The position numbers were made by a program, and so were the translations under genes. From Thecamonas trahens ATCC 50062 (Eukaryota; Protista; Apusomonadida), in contig NW_013657622.1 of assembly GCF_000142905.1 (NCBI RefSeq), positions 124,001-188,000 of the forward strand: 64,000 nt of DNA. The letters run 5' to 3'. This document shows, in pieces, positions 45,278-56,501 of this stretch (position 1 is its first letter; each line of letters opens with the position of its first letter). Under the pieces are notes generated by a model, which was not told the DNA's origin, did not search any database, and worked only from the letters and a program-made list of their open reading frames with translations.

Positions 45278-47374
45278 ATGGTGTTCGGGTATGTCCCCCT
45301 TTCTCCCCCCTCCCCCTCCCCCTTCTCCCCCCTATCCTCCCCTTCCCCCTCCCCTGTCCCCACTCACACCCGCATTGCTCCCCCCCCCCCCCCCCGTCCC
45401 CACTACAGACGCAAGAAGAAGAAGCAGAGCCAGAAGAAGAAGAAGAAGAACAAGAGGAGGAGGAGCAAGGGAAGTTCATCGAGCTCATCGTATGGATCTG
45501 GATCTGGATCTGTTCCACCGCCTGCGGCTGATCCCTTGGCTTTGAGGTATGCTCGTGGTTCGCTCGTCCTCAAGCGCATTCTCTCAAAGCAGCAGTATGG
45601 CATTGATGATCAAGCGCTGGTGCTTGAGGAGATGGACTCGGAGGAGGAGTACTCGTCATCGAGTGGTGGCAAGGGCAAGAAGAGCAAGAAGAGCAAGAAG
45701 AGCAAGAAGGGCAAGAAGGGCAAGGGCCACCACGACAAGATCGGTAACTTTGCCAAGGCCAACCGCAAGGTCAACCTGAGACTACTCCCACGGGAAGATG
45801 CCGTGTGTCATGCTGTGGTGGAGACCTTCAAGTCCTCGCTTCCCTCGATTCGGGTCGATGCTGTGGTGGATGTCGACTCGCCGGCGGTGAGGAAGTTTGC
45901 TCGGGCAAAGGACAAAGTGGCGAAGAAGCGCCCGCTCCTCGCCCGCAACAACCTCATTGTCCGCAGACTCTTCTTTGGTGCCAGGCCTGCCTGCCGCTTC
46001 TCGCTCGGCGGTGAGCTCGAGCTTTGCTCGCTCACGGGCTGCCAGCTCTGCGCCGTTCTTCGCGGCAACGGCTACCCAGTGTCTGCCATCGAGGCACCGG
46101 TCGGCGTCGAGGCGTCTGGCAGCAGCTCCGCTTCCGACGACGGCCACACTGGCATTATCTTTTCCACTACCGCCGAGGACGCCGCCCGCATGGCTGCCGC
46201 TGATGCGTCGGTGCTGGGCAAGACCGGGCGTGTGGCGGTTGTCTCATGCCTCGTTGTCGTCGGCGAGTCCAAGAGCGTGTGGTCCGCAGACGAGGTCGAC
46301 TCCGTCCCGCCAAAGGGCTTTGACTCGGTGACACAAGAGCCTGCCGACGCCGAGCACTTTGCAGGCAGCTACACGGTGCAGCGAGTGGTTGTCGGCTCTG
46401 CCGATGCGGCCATGCCTGTCCAAGTCGTTGTCTTTGGCGGCCAGCACGGTCTCGAGCTGTGTGCGGCGTGCGGGCGGTCGTGCGCCATCCTCGAGACCCA
46501 AGACGCAGTCGTCAGTGGCGAGTACGGCAAGTTCTGCTCGGCCGATTGCGAGGCGAGCTTGGTGGCCATGATCGACACCGTCGAGGCCCGCATGACCCAG
46601 ACCGACACCAAGCTCAAAGTCCCTGCCCACTGGTCGGTGACGACGGCGGTCAAGGGCTCCGACTCGAGCTCGGCATCCGAGTCCGAGGAGAACGACTGCG
46701 ACCTCATCGACGTCGCCGGCTCGGTCGAGGCCGCAGTCCTCTACAAGAAGCTCTCCGAGACGCTCGAGGGCGTCACGTTCCAGGGCATCTACCGGATCCA
46801 GTCGCCGCACCTCCACGCCATGTACCGGCGCCAGCTCAAGACGATGACCAAGACTGCCGCCGACGGCGACGTCGACGAGCTGCTCCTCTTCTCGGGCTGC
46901 CACGGCCTCGCGCCCGACGAGATCTACAACTCGCTTGACGGCTTTGACTTTAAGCTCGTCTCGGGCGACCTCGGGCGCGCCTGGCACTTTGGTCCGGCCT
47001 CGTTTGCAGACAGGGCCGCCATGCGTGAGGCCAACGGCTTCCGCACCATCCTCGTAGCCAAGGTCGCGCTTGGTGCCTGCGGCGACGTCACAGTCGACCC
47101 GTACCGCAAGCTCCCGCCGCTGATGGAGAACCCGGACGTGGTCGGCGAGGCCAAGGTCAAGTCCAAGGGCTCCAGCTCCAAGAAGGGCAAAGCCAAAAAG
47201 TCCAAGAAGGGCAAGACCGTCAAGCGCCGCTACGACACCATCACTGCCGCCGTCGGTGAGGAGAAGCTCTACGCCATGTTCACCAACAAGAACGCGTACC
47301 CGGCGTATGTCATCACCTACACCGCCCCCGACAACGACAAATACGCCCCGAACTCCATCCAATCCGACTGGTAG
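45278..47374 (+). CDS. Protein with two PARP/ADP-ribosyltransferase-fold domains (degenerate) and a central Zn finger; intron 45289..45408
   Basis: Domain 1: LFFGARPAC...CQLCAVL...GIIFS...VVVG...PPKGFDSV. Finger: CAACGRSC...FCSADC. Domain 2: IYRIQSP...ELLLFSG...GFD...LVAKVALG...YDT...YPAYVITY. Lys-rich N-terminus. Confidence 0.75.
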   Translation: MVFGYVPLSPPSPSPFSPLSSPSPSPVPTHTRIAPPPPPRPHYRRKKKKQSQKKKKKNKRRRSKGSSSSSSYGSGSGSVPPPAADPLALRYARGSLVLKRILSKQQYGIDDQALVLEEMDSEEEYSSSSGGKGKKSKKSKKSKKGKKGKGHHDKIGNFAKANRKVNLRLLPREDAVCHAVVETFKSSLPSIRVDAVVDVDSPAVRKFARAKDKVAKKRPLLARNNLIVRRLFFGARPACRFSLGGELELCSLTGCQLCAVLRGNGYPVSAIEAPVGVEASGSSSASDDGHTGIIFSTTAEDAARMAAADASVLGKTGRVAVVSCLVVVGESKSVWSADEVDSVPPKGFDSVTQEPADAEHFAGSYTVQRVVVGSADAAMPVQVVVFGGQHGLELCAACGRSCAILETQDAVVSGEYGKFCSADCEASLVAMIDTVEARMTQTDTKLKVPAHWSVTTAVKGSDSSSASESEENDCDLIDVAGSVEAAVLYKKLSETLEGVTFQGIYRIQSPHLHAMYRRQLKTMTKTAADGDVDELLLFSGCHGLAPDEIYNSLDGFDFKLVSGDLGRAWHFGPASFADRAAMREANGFRTILVAKVALGACGDVTVDPYRKLPPLMENPDVVGEAKVKSKGSSSKKGKAKKSKKGKTVKRRYDTITAAVGEEKLYAMFTNKNAYPAYVITYTAPDNDKYAPNSIQSDW

Positions 47375-47628
47375 TACAGGTAGATCAGCTCGCCCGCGAC
47401 CCCCTCCCCCCACATAAACCAAGATTGCAGCCGAGATCGCCGTCCGCACTCCAGCTTACGCCTCAACGCCCACTGATCCTCACCCATGCCGCCTGCCCGC
47501 CCACCCACCCAACCACCAGCCGGCCCGTCCGTCCGTCGCCCGTCCGTCCGTCGCCCGTCCGTCCGTCGCCCGTCCGGCGGCTCAACTCCCATGCCCCACG
47601 CCACCCAACCACCCACCACCCCTCTCTC

Positions 47629-49217
47629 ATGACCTGGATAACCCGACGCAGCGCATGCCAATGCAGCGTACGCCCGTCTTCCCCTCTCCTCTCCTCCCCG
47701 CCCCTCCCCCCTCCCCCCTCCTTCCTTTTTACTCACAGTGCCCTTGGTCTGCCGCGTCCTCCCCCCCCCCCCCCCCCCCCCCCTCCGGCTGACTGGCTGA
47801 CTGGTTGACTGGCTGACTGTAGGTGGTGGTGGTGATACTGGTGGTGGTGGTGGGGCCTCAGCTGCTGAACACGTGGCAAAGACCGTCTGTTCGGAGATCT
47901 TTTTCTGCATGCATGCATGAACGGGCACACCCTTTGGAGGCGTTTTCACGGATCGGGCAATTGGCTGATTCAGAGAAATTGGCTCAGGCTTTGCATGGTT
48001 ACGCTATGCTCCATCACAAGATCGTGGAGCCAGAGTCGGGCATGGCCAACTCGGAGAGGAAAACCCTCATCTACCGCGCAAGAGCTGGCCTCGGCAACCG
48101 CATGCTCTCCTCGGTCTCGGCTCTGTTGCTAGCTATGCTGACAGATCGGGCTCTGTTGGTGGAGTGGCCCGATGTTAACGTTCACGACGTCTTCTGCGAG
48201 CCGCCAGGCATCGATTGGGACTACATCTTGTGGAGGGAGGAGATGGAGGCAAAGGGTCTGGGTGGCTACAACACTTGGCTTCCGCACAGGCTCTGCCTCG
48301 TCGACGACATCTGTCTCTACCCACCTGGAGACTCGACCGGATCGCTGACAATCAATGGCGCTGCCGGCGAGACGCCGGTCTTGGCTGACCTCGTGTGTGG
48401 CGACATCGAGCAGGCGCTCACTCACCAGCACGTCTTCCTCACCTCGACCCAGTACTTTGTGCCACTGCTCTTTGCCAACCCGGTCTACGCAGCTAAGCTC
48501 AATGACTGGTTCCCCAACGGCCGCATCGCGCACGCACTTTTGCACTACCTCTTTCAGCCGGTGGATCCGGTCACGGCTGCCGTCGACGCCTTTGTCGCCG
48601 ACGCCTTTGTTCCGGGCAACACTGTCGGGCTTCAGATTCGCTCGGCACCCATCTTTTACTTTATGCCGGGCCTGTACTCGTCCAAGGACGACGCGGCAGC
48701 GTCGATCACTGCAACGATGGCCACCTGCGTCGACGAGGTCCTTCCCACCGCGTCTGAGCCGATTGTGGCCGATCCAGCCACCGCCAAGCTCATGGTCGCC
48801 TCGATGCACGCCGATGCCAAGCGGTCGCTCGTGGACAAGTATGGAGACCGAGTGGTACTCTACGGCGGCGCGACGGCCAAGGGCGACGACCTCTCGGTCG
48901 GGGACACCCGCGAGGCGCTGGTCGACATCCTCCTCCTCGCGCGCACCGATGCGCTCGTCGCCTCGCCGCTCTCGACCTTTGCGTACACCGCTGCCGCCAT
49001 CGGTCGCATCAAACCCATCAACATCCACGTTGACGTCCCGTCACCTTGGAGCGACGACTCCATTCTCGAGCCCATCTGCCGGCTCCCGCCTGCCAACGAG
49101 CCGTTCCCGGAGCCGTGCCTCCACGCCAACACCTCGTTTGACATGGCCATCCCCATGCCGACCTGCCCGCAAGCGCCACTCCCGGCCTTCCTCCTCCGCG
49201 CCCCCGGCCTCTGCTGA
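47629..49217 (+). CDS. GT37 (xyloglucan fucosyltransferase-like) type II Golgi glycosyltransferase; intron 47668..47822
   Basis: Short cytosolic tail plus TM VVVVILVVVVG; AGLGNRMLSSVSALLLAMLTDRALLV, QYFVPLLFANP, HYLFQP, VGLQIR, ALVDILLLARTDALVASPLSTFAYTAAAIGRIKP and EPCLH parallel plant FUT1 motifs. Confidence 0.82.
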
Positions 49218-49617
49218 TCGCCACCGTAGCATTTGCTTCAGAGATGCGCACTGATCGCGCACTGATTGTAAAGTCACCGACGGCGTCCTTCTTGCTTGCC
49301 GGCCACCAGGGTGACGGACGGCCACTCGACCCGGCACTGGTATGCCTTGATATGGCACATCACATCCTTATCCACCCCAAGCACCAAGCTCATACCAACA
49401 CAAGCCAGCAGCAACTACTTTAGCAATATCTCAAATTCTTTCTTTCATTGTCCGCCACCATCGCCGTATCGCCGCCGCCCAAAGTCTGCCGGCTGTCCGC
49501 GGTTTCGTGGCTCGCCGCCCCCCCGCCGGCCTGCCGCCCGACCAACTGGCACTCGGCCAAAGTGAGAGGCACCCGTCGCGAGTGTGTAGACAGGGAGGAG
49601 GAAGGGGGAAGCAGGGA

Positions 49618-52600
49618 ATGGACGCGCTTGCGGGGCTCTCCCAGTCTGTGGATACCCTTTGTGAGCAGTTACACCTACCTGCACCGCATGTGTCTACACC
49701 TGTGCGGAGATACGGTCATGAGTATAGTGGTGGTGGTGAGCCTCGTGGCGGAGACGGCGACATGGCGGGCGACGGAGCGACCATGATGATGGCAGGGAAT
49801 GCTGGTGATGCTAGTGCTGCTGGTGCTGATGGGGATGATGATGAAATAATGGCACACATGGATGAAGCATGGTCAACGACCATGATGGGATCACAAGAGA
49901 GTATGGCGTTTTTGGCGCGAGAGTTGCGGGAAACGTCAAGCAAGCTGGAGATGGCCCTGGCGAGAGCTCGAACTGCTGAAGAAGCTGCTCGGCAAGCTGC
50001 TGAGGGGAAGAGGCGGTTGGAACTGGTCCTGGGTGAGGTCACGGATGCTCATTGGGACTGGCTCGTCGAGGCGCTGGAGGAGGGCGGCATCGATGGTATG
50101 CGCCAGCGCATCGCAGACCTACACAATGATCTCGAGGCGTGTGCAACAGAGGCGAGGGCAGCCGAGGTTGCTGCCGGCGAGCGATGCGGGGCGGCCGAGG
50201 AGCGAGCACGGATTGCCGAGGCCCGCGCCGATGAGGCCGAAGCTCGCGAAGCCGAGACTGCCAGTCGTGCAGAGGAGGTTCAGCGGCAGGTGGCCGCACT
50301 GGAGCTGCGTCTGCGCGAGGAGATGGCGTCGGTCACCACTGCTGCTGAGCATACAGTAGCTGCGGCTGAGGCAAGGATTCGCCAACTTGAGGGCGATGTC
50401 GAGGCTGCGCTCCAACAGACTGCTGATGCCGAGGCTCGGACGGCCAGCCTCGCGGCCGAGGCTGTCGAGATTGACGAGGTCCAGCGGATGGTTGACGAGC
50501 TCGAGAACGACATTTTTGCTGCGCAGCGAGCCCAGAACGACGCCGAAGCACGTGCTGCCGATGCCGAGAAACTGTTGGAAGATCTGGGTGCAGCATCGGT
50601 GTTTGCTTTGAGGAACGAGGTTGAGGCACAGAAGAGTGAGCTGAAGTCGCTGCGGGCGACGCTCGCCGAGTCATCTGCACGCGCCGCCAAGCTTGCCAAG
50701 GTCGAGAAAGAGCTCATTGCCTGCGAGTTTCGGGTCGAGGACGCCGAGATGCGGTGTCTACTGGCAGAAGAGCGAGCAGAAGCCAGAGAGGGCGAACTGG
50801 ATGCCGAGGTAGCGGCCAGGGCGGAGCTGGCAGAGTCAGCGGCCGCAGCAGAGCGTGACTACGAGGCCCGCATCCGCGAACTTGTCGGCGCTGCGGCACA
50901 TGCCGACAGCGGAGCGCGGCTTGAGATGCGCGATCTCAAGATGCAGGTCAAGCTCTTGGAAGCGAGACTTTCAGAGGCGACTACCGGTGCGAGCCAGATG
51001 GAGCACCGACTCTGCGGTGAGGTAGCTGAGCTGGAAGCTGCCCTTGCGGTGGAGCGACGGGCACTTGCCGACGCGCGTAGCACTGCGGCTCAGCTGCAGC
51101 GCAGGCTTGATGCTGCTGCCGACAAGCAGACGTCGACAACGGCAGGTGCAAAGAACGAGATTCGTGAGCTTGAAGAGCGCTGTGCACGACTCGAGAGCGA
51201 GGTTGCCAACGCCAAAAGCAGTGCGAGTGTGCGGCTTGCTCAGCTCAACGCAGAGCTGGAGGCGTCACACTCGCGTGCTGCGGAAGCCCATGATGCGGCG
51301 AACCGACTGCAGCGCGAGCTTGATCGTGCTCGGCGCAAGCAGGAGTCCCTTGCGGCGGAGAGCGGAGGGAGGGTGACTGAGCTGGAGGCACGATGCATCG
51401 AGCTCGAGACCGAGCTGTCTGAACATGGACAGGCCGCAGCCGCACGCATGGCCCAGCTGGAAGACGCATGTTTCCAAGCTCAGAAAGAGGCTCGGCGTGC
51501 TACGGAGAATGCAGATGCCAACCAGCGAGCCGCGGTCAGTGCACGCGATGTTGCCGCCGATGCAGAGCGGGCGACCAAGGCAGCTGAGAAGGAGATTGAG
51601 CAGCGAGTTGCCGAGCTCACTGAGAGCCGGGCGCAAAGTGCTGCTGCGATTGCCAAGGCGCGTCACGAGGTCCACGAGCTTCAGCACGAACTTGCTGCCA
51701 TACAGGCGTCGGGCGGTCTGGACGCGGCCGCCGAGCGTGATACCGCGGTCGTCCGCGCCGACGAGCTAACAAGGCAGCTGGTAGAGCTCCAGGCACAGGC
51801 ATCGGATGCCGAAGTCGAGCTGCGGCGGAGCAAGAGCGAGTTGGAGCGATTGCGGGAGGCTGCTGCCACGCACAGCATGGCGCTGGCGGAGCAACGCGAG
51901 GTTGCTGATGCAGCAGAGGCCAAGGTGAAGACGCTGCAGGCCGCGCTTGCACACCAGGAGCGCGAGACAAAGCGGGCTGAGGCCGAAATGGGCCATGTTC
52001 GTGTTCAGATGGAGGAAGCGGAGCAGAGCCTCGATTTGGTGCAGCAGCGAGCCCAGGAGGCCGAGACTGAGGCGGCGCGGATGCGCAGCCGTGTCGCGGG
52101 AGTCGAGCTGCAGTTGGTGCGAGCTGGAGAGGCCCACGTTCTTGCCGACAAGCTCGCCAGTGTGGAGGTGGCTCGCGACGAAGCACTGAGCGCAACGGCT
52201 ACTGCCGAATGTCGTCTCTGCGAGGCAGAGTCCCAGCTCATTGTTGAGCAGGATCGGGCTGCGGCGGCCGAGAAGAGTGCGCGCGAAGCGCTGTCGGAGC
52301 TTGCCGCAGCGCGCAAGCGGGCAGCCGAGGCGGAGGCCAGCGCGGCTTGCCGTGTGCGCGAGCTGGAGGATGACCTCGCGGCTGCGCGCAGGCTGGCTGT
52401 AGAGGCAGAAGCCACCTCCATTCGGCAGGCTCGGGACCTTGAGGCCGACCTTGCTGCTGCGCGCAAGCAAGCTGCAGAGGCGGAAGTCACCGCGGCTCGC
52501 CGTGCGCAGCAAGCGGAGGCTGACATCGCAGCTGCGCGTAAGCAAGTAGCAGCTATTGAGGCCTCTTCGGATCGCCGTGCGCGCGAGCTTGAGACTGATC

Positions 52601-55600
52601 TGGCGGCTGCACGCAAGCAGGCTGCAGAAGCTGATGTGGCTGCGGCTCGTCGTGTGAGCGAGCTGGAATCTGACCTCGCAGCTGCACGTCAGCAGACTGC
52701 AGTGGCTGACGATGCCGGGCGACGCCGTGCGCAGGAACTGGAGACCGATCTGGCGGCTGCACGCAAGCAGGCTGCAGAAGCCGATGCGACTGCGGCTCGT
52801 CGTGTGAGCGAGCTGGAAGCTGACCTCGCTGCCGCAGAGAAGAGGGCAACCGAGGTGGAAGCTACCGCTGCCCGCCACGTGCAGCTACTAGAAGCTGACC
52901 TCGCAACTGCACGTCAACAGACTGCAGAGGCTGACGACGCCGGGCGACGCCGTGCGCGGGAACTGGAGACCGAACTGGCGGCTGCACGCAAGCAGGCTGC
53001 AGAAGCTGATGCGACTGCGGCTCGTCGTGTGAGCGAGCTGGAAGCTGACCTCGCAACTGCACGTCAACAGACTGCAGAGGCTGACGATGCCGGGCGACGC
53101 CGTGCGCAGGAACTGGAGACCGAACTGGCGGCTGCACGCAAGCAGGCTGCAGAAGCCGATGCGACTGCGGCTCGTCGTGTGAGTGAGCTGGAAGCTGACC
53201 TCGCAACTGCACGTCAGCAGACTGCAGAGGCTGACGACGCCGGGCGACGCCGTGCGCAGGAACTGGAGACCGAACTGGCGACCATGCGCAGGCAGGCTGC
53301 AGAAGCTGATGCGACTGCGGCTCGTCGTGTGAGCGAGCTGGAAGCTGACCTCGCTGCCGCAGAGAAGAAGGCGACCGAGGTGGAAGCTACCGCTGCCCGC
53401 CACGTGCAGCAACTGGAAGCTGACCTCGCAGCTGCACGTCAGCAGACTGCAGAGGCTGACGGTGCCGGGCGACGCCGTGCGCAGGAACTGGAGACCGAAC
53501 TGGCGACCATGCGCAGGCAGGCTGCAGAAGCTGATGCGGCTGCGGCTCGTCGTGTGAGCGAGCTAGAGGCTGACCTTGCAACTGTACGCAAGCGGCAGCA
53601 GAGGCTGACGATGCCGGGCGACGCCGTGCGCAGGAACTGGAGACCGATCTGGCGGCTGCACGCAGGCAGGCTGCAGAAGCTGATGCGGCTGCGGCTCGTC
53701 GTGTGAGCGAGCTGGAAGCTGACCTCGCAACTGCACGTCAACAGACTGCAGAGGCTGACGATGCCGGGCGACGCCGTGCGCAGGAACTGGAGACCGAACT
53801 GGCGGCTGCACGCAAGACAGTCAGCGAGGCCGAAGCTGCCGCCCACGTCCAGGTCGGCAAGCTGGAGGCGGATCTTGCCTCCTCGCGGCGACAGATACAC
53901 ACGATGGAGGCCCAGCTCAGGCGATCGACACTAGAAGCTCGCCCGGATGACCGCTCGCACACGTTGGCACGGATCGAGTCGCTCGAGAGCGAGCCCAGCC
54001 AAACGCGACAGGCACTTCATGTCCAGGCACGAGGCCCGGGCGCGGGTCTGCAACTGCGCGACTTGGATGCCCGCGACCAGGCCGTACAGGTGCTACAGGC
54101 CGAGCTGTCACTAGTGCGAGCCGAACTCGCTGCAAGTCGTGCTTCTCCGCGGCTCACCGGCGAGACTGATGCACAAGCATCTCGGACACGAGCCGAAGAA
54201 GACCAGGGGCTACATGTCACGGTGCGCGACCTCGAGTCGCAGATCGTCCACACAAGCGCGCGCTCGACTCAGCTGGAGAACGAGTTACGGTCTACCCGCC
54301 AGCGGGCGCGCGCGGCCGAAGACGGGCGTCTCGATATGGAGCACAGGCTGCGGTCGGTCCAAGCCGAACTTGACTCTGCCACCAGGCGCGTCAGGGAAGT
54401 GGAGGCCGAGAATGTGAGCGTGTTGCAGCGTTTGGCGGCGGCACGCGAGGAGAGTAGCACGTTCGAGTCGCGATTGAGTGGTTTGCGCATGCAGCTCGAG
54501 TCGGTGGCACGCGAACGTGATGCTGCTCGTGCCACAGAGGCTGTAGCACGCTCAAGCGACGCTACTGTCTGCGACGAACTCGAGCGCGCGTTGGGCGCAG
54601 CACGGCGTAAGCTCAAGCTCGCGCGTCATGACGCTGAAAGCAAGGATCGTACCATGGAGAATCTCCGGCACGAGTTGGCTACAGTCAAGACCGAGAGCCA
54701 TCGCAAGCTGGAGGATGCGCAGCAGAAGCTGATGCAAGCTCGGGGCGACGCTGAAGCGCACAAGAACGAGCTGGCACGACTTCGGCAGCGTCTAGAGGCT
54801 GCAGACAACGATCTTCACGTCGCGACAAGTGCTGCCCGCAGAGATGCAGATGACAAGAGGCTCGAACTGAGGCTCATGGAAGATGCCGTTGAAGCCGCTC
54901 GTCGCCAGGCGAAGGCTGCGCGTGGGGATGCGGAAGAGAAGAGTTGTTTGCTTGTAGCTGCCGAAGATGCGCTGGCAAAGGCTCGCCGCGAGCTGGAGAA
55001 CGCCCATGACGAGGCAGAAGGCACGACTCGCAAGCTTGCGACCGCCAAGTCCCAGGTCGAGGCCAAGGATCGCCAACTGGCAGCGGCCGAAGAGGAGCTG
55101 GCGTCCACCCGCCGCACGCTGACAACCGCCGAGTCCCAGGTCGAGGCCAAGGATCGACAGCTGTCAGCGGCCGAGTCGGAGCTGGCAACCACCCGCCGCA
55201 CGCTGGCGACTGCCGAGTCCCAGGTCGAGGCCAAAGATCGACAGCTGGCAGCGGCCGAGTCGGAGCTGGCAACCACCCGCCGCACGCTGGCGACCGCCGA
55301 GTCCCAGGTCGAGGCCAAGGATCGACAGCTGTCAGCGGCCGAGTCGGAGCTGGCAACCACCCGCCGCACGCTGGCGACCGCCGAGTCCCAGGTCGAGGCC
55401 AAAGATCGACAGCTGGCAGCGGCCGAGTCGGAGCTGGCAACCACCCGCCGCACGCTGGCAACCGCCGAGTCCCAGGTCGAGACCAAGGATCGACAGCTGG
55501 CAGCGGCCGAGTCGGAGCTGGCGACCACCCGCCGCACGCTGGCAACCGCCGAGTCCCAGGTCGAGGCCAAGGATCGACAGCTGGCAGCGGCCGAGCACGA

Positions 55601-56501
55601 CCTCTCGTTGGCACGGCAAAGGCTAGCGGCAGTTGAAGAGGACCTTTTCTCCACCCAGAGTATTCTGGCTGCAGGCCATACCGAGATTGCCTCCAAGGAT
55701 CGACAGCTGGTGGCTGCTGAAGGCGATCTGTCCTCGGTTCGCCACAAGCTGGCTCTTGCCGAGGCTGAAATGCAAGAGAAGGCACTGACGCTGACCGCTG
55801 CTATGGCCCAAGCCGATGCCAAGGATCAACAGCTGGCAGTTGCCGCGGACGAGCTCATATCGGCACGGCGACAGCTGGCGAAAGCGGAAGATGAACTCGC
55901 ATCCACCCGACGGCGACTGGCGGCGGCCGAAGACGAGCTCACGTCGACCAGGCGGCAACTGGCAGCGGCTCACGAGGACTTGACCCTCACTCGCCAGCAG
56001 CTCTCAACTGACGCCTCGTCCGCCATTGCCGAGACTGAGCAGCATGCTGCTTCTATTGCCGCTCATCTTGCCGAGACACAGGCCGCATACGCCGAGCTTC
56101 GCACAGAGTACGAGGCGCTCCAGGCGCGCCACGCACACGACATGCAGATGCTCGACGCGTCGGCAGCGGCGCACCTTGGCCATTCGGCCTCGCGCATCGC
56201 CGCACTCGAGGCAAGCCTCTCGGCATCGGCTTTGAGTGAGGCCGAGCTGGCTCAGTCGCGAAGCTACGGCCGCGAGCTTGTCTCGGTACGTCGCCAGCTC
56301 GCGACAGCCAACGACCAGCTCATGGCTCTGCGCGACGCGTACGACAGCCTCACCCACCATGTCGAGGCCAAGGATGAGCTCATCGCTGCGCTGCAGCTCG
56401 ATGTTGATGCCGCCGTCACCCGCGCCGACGCGCTCGCGCTCGCCAACACTGAGCTCCACCACGCGGTCGACTACTATGGGTCGCTTTCATTCCGAGTCTG
56501 A
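49618..56501 (+). CDS. Giant (~2300 aa) coiled-coil protein; apparent frameshift at ~53595
   Basis: The 49507..53706 and 53703..56501 ORFs are one repeat-continuous heptad protein once one G is added at 53594-53595. Confidence 0.75.
52570..53816 (+). repeat. Coding tandem repeat of alternating 25-aa (75-bp) units
   Basis: ELETDLAAARKQAAEADATAARRVS / ELEADLATARQQTAEADDAGRRRAQ. Confidence 0.9.
55036..55596 (+). repeat. Coding 84-bp (28-aa, four-heptad) tandem repeat, about 6.5 copies
   Basis: ATAESQVEAKDRQLAAAESELATTRRTL. Confidence 0.92.
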
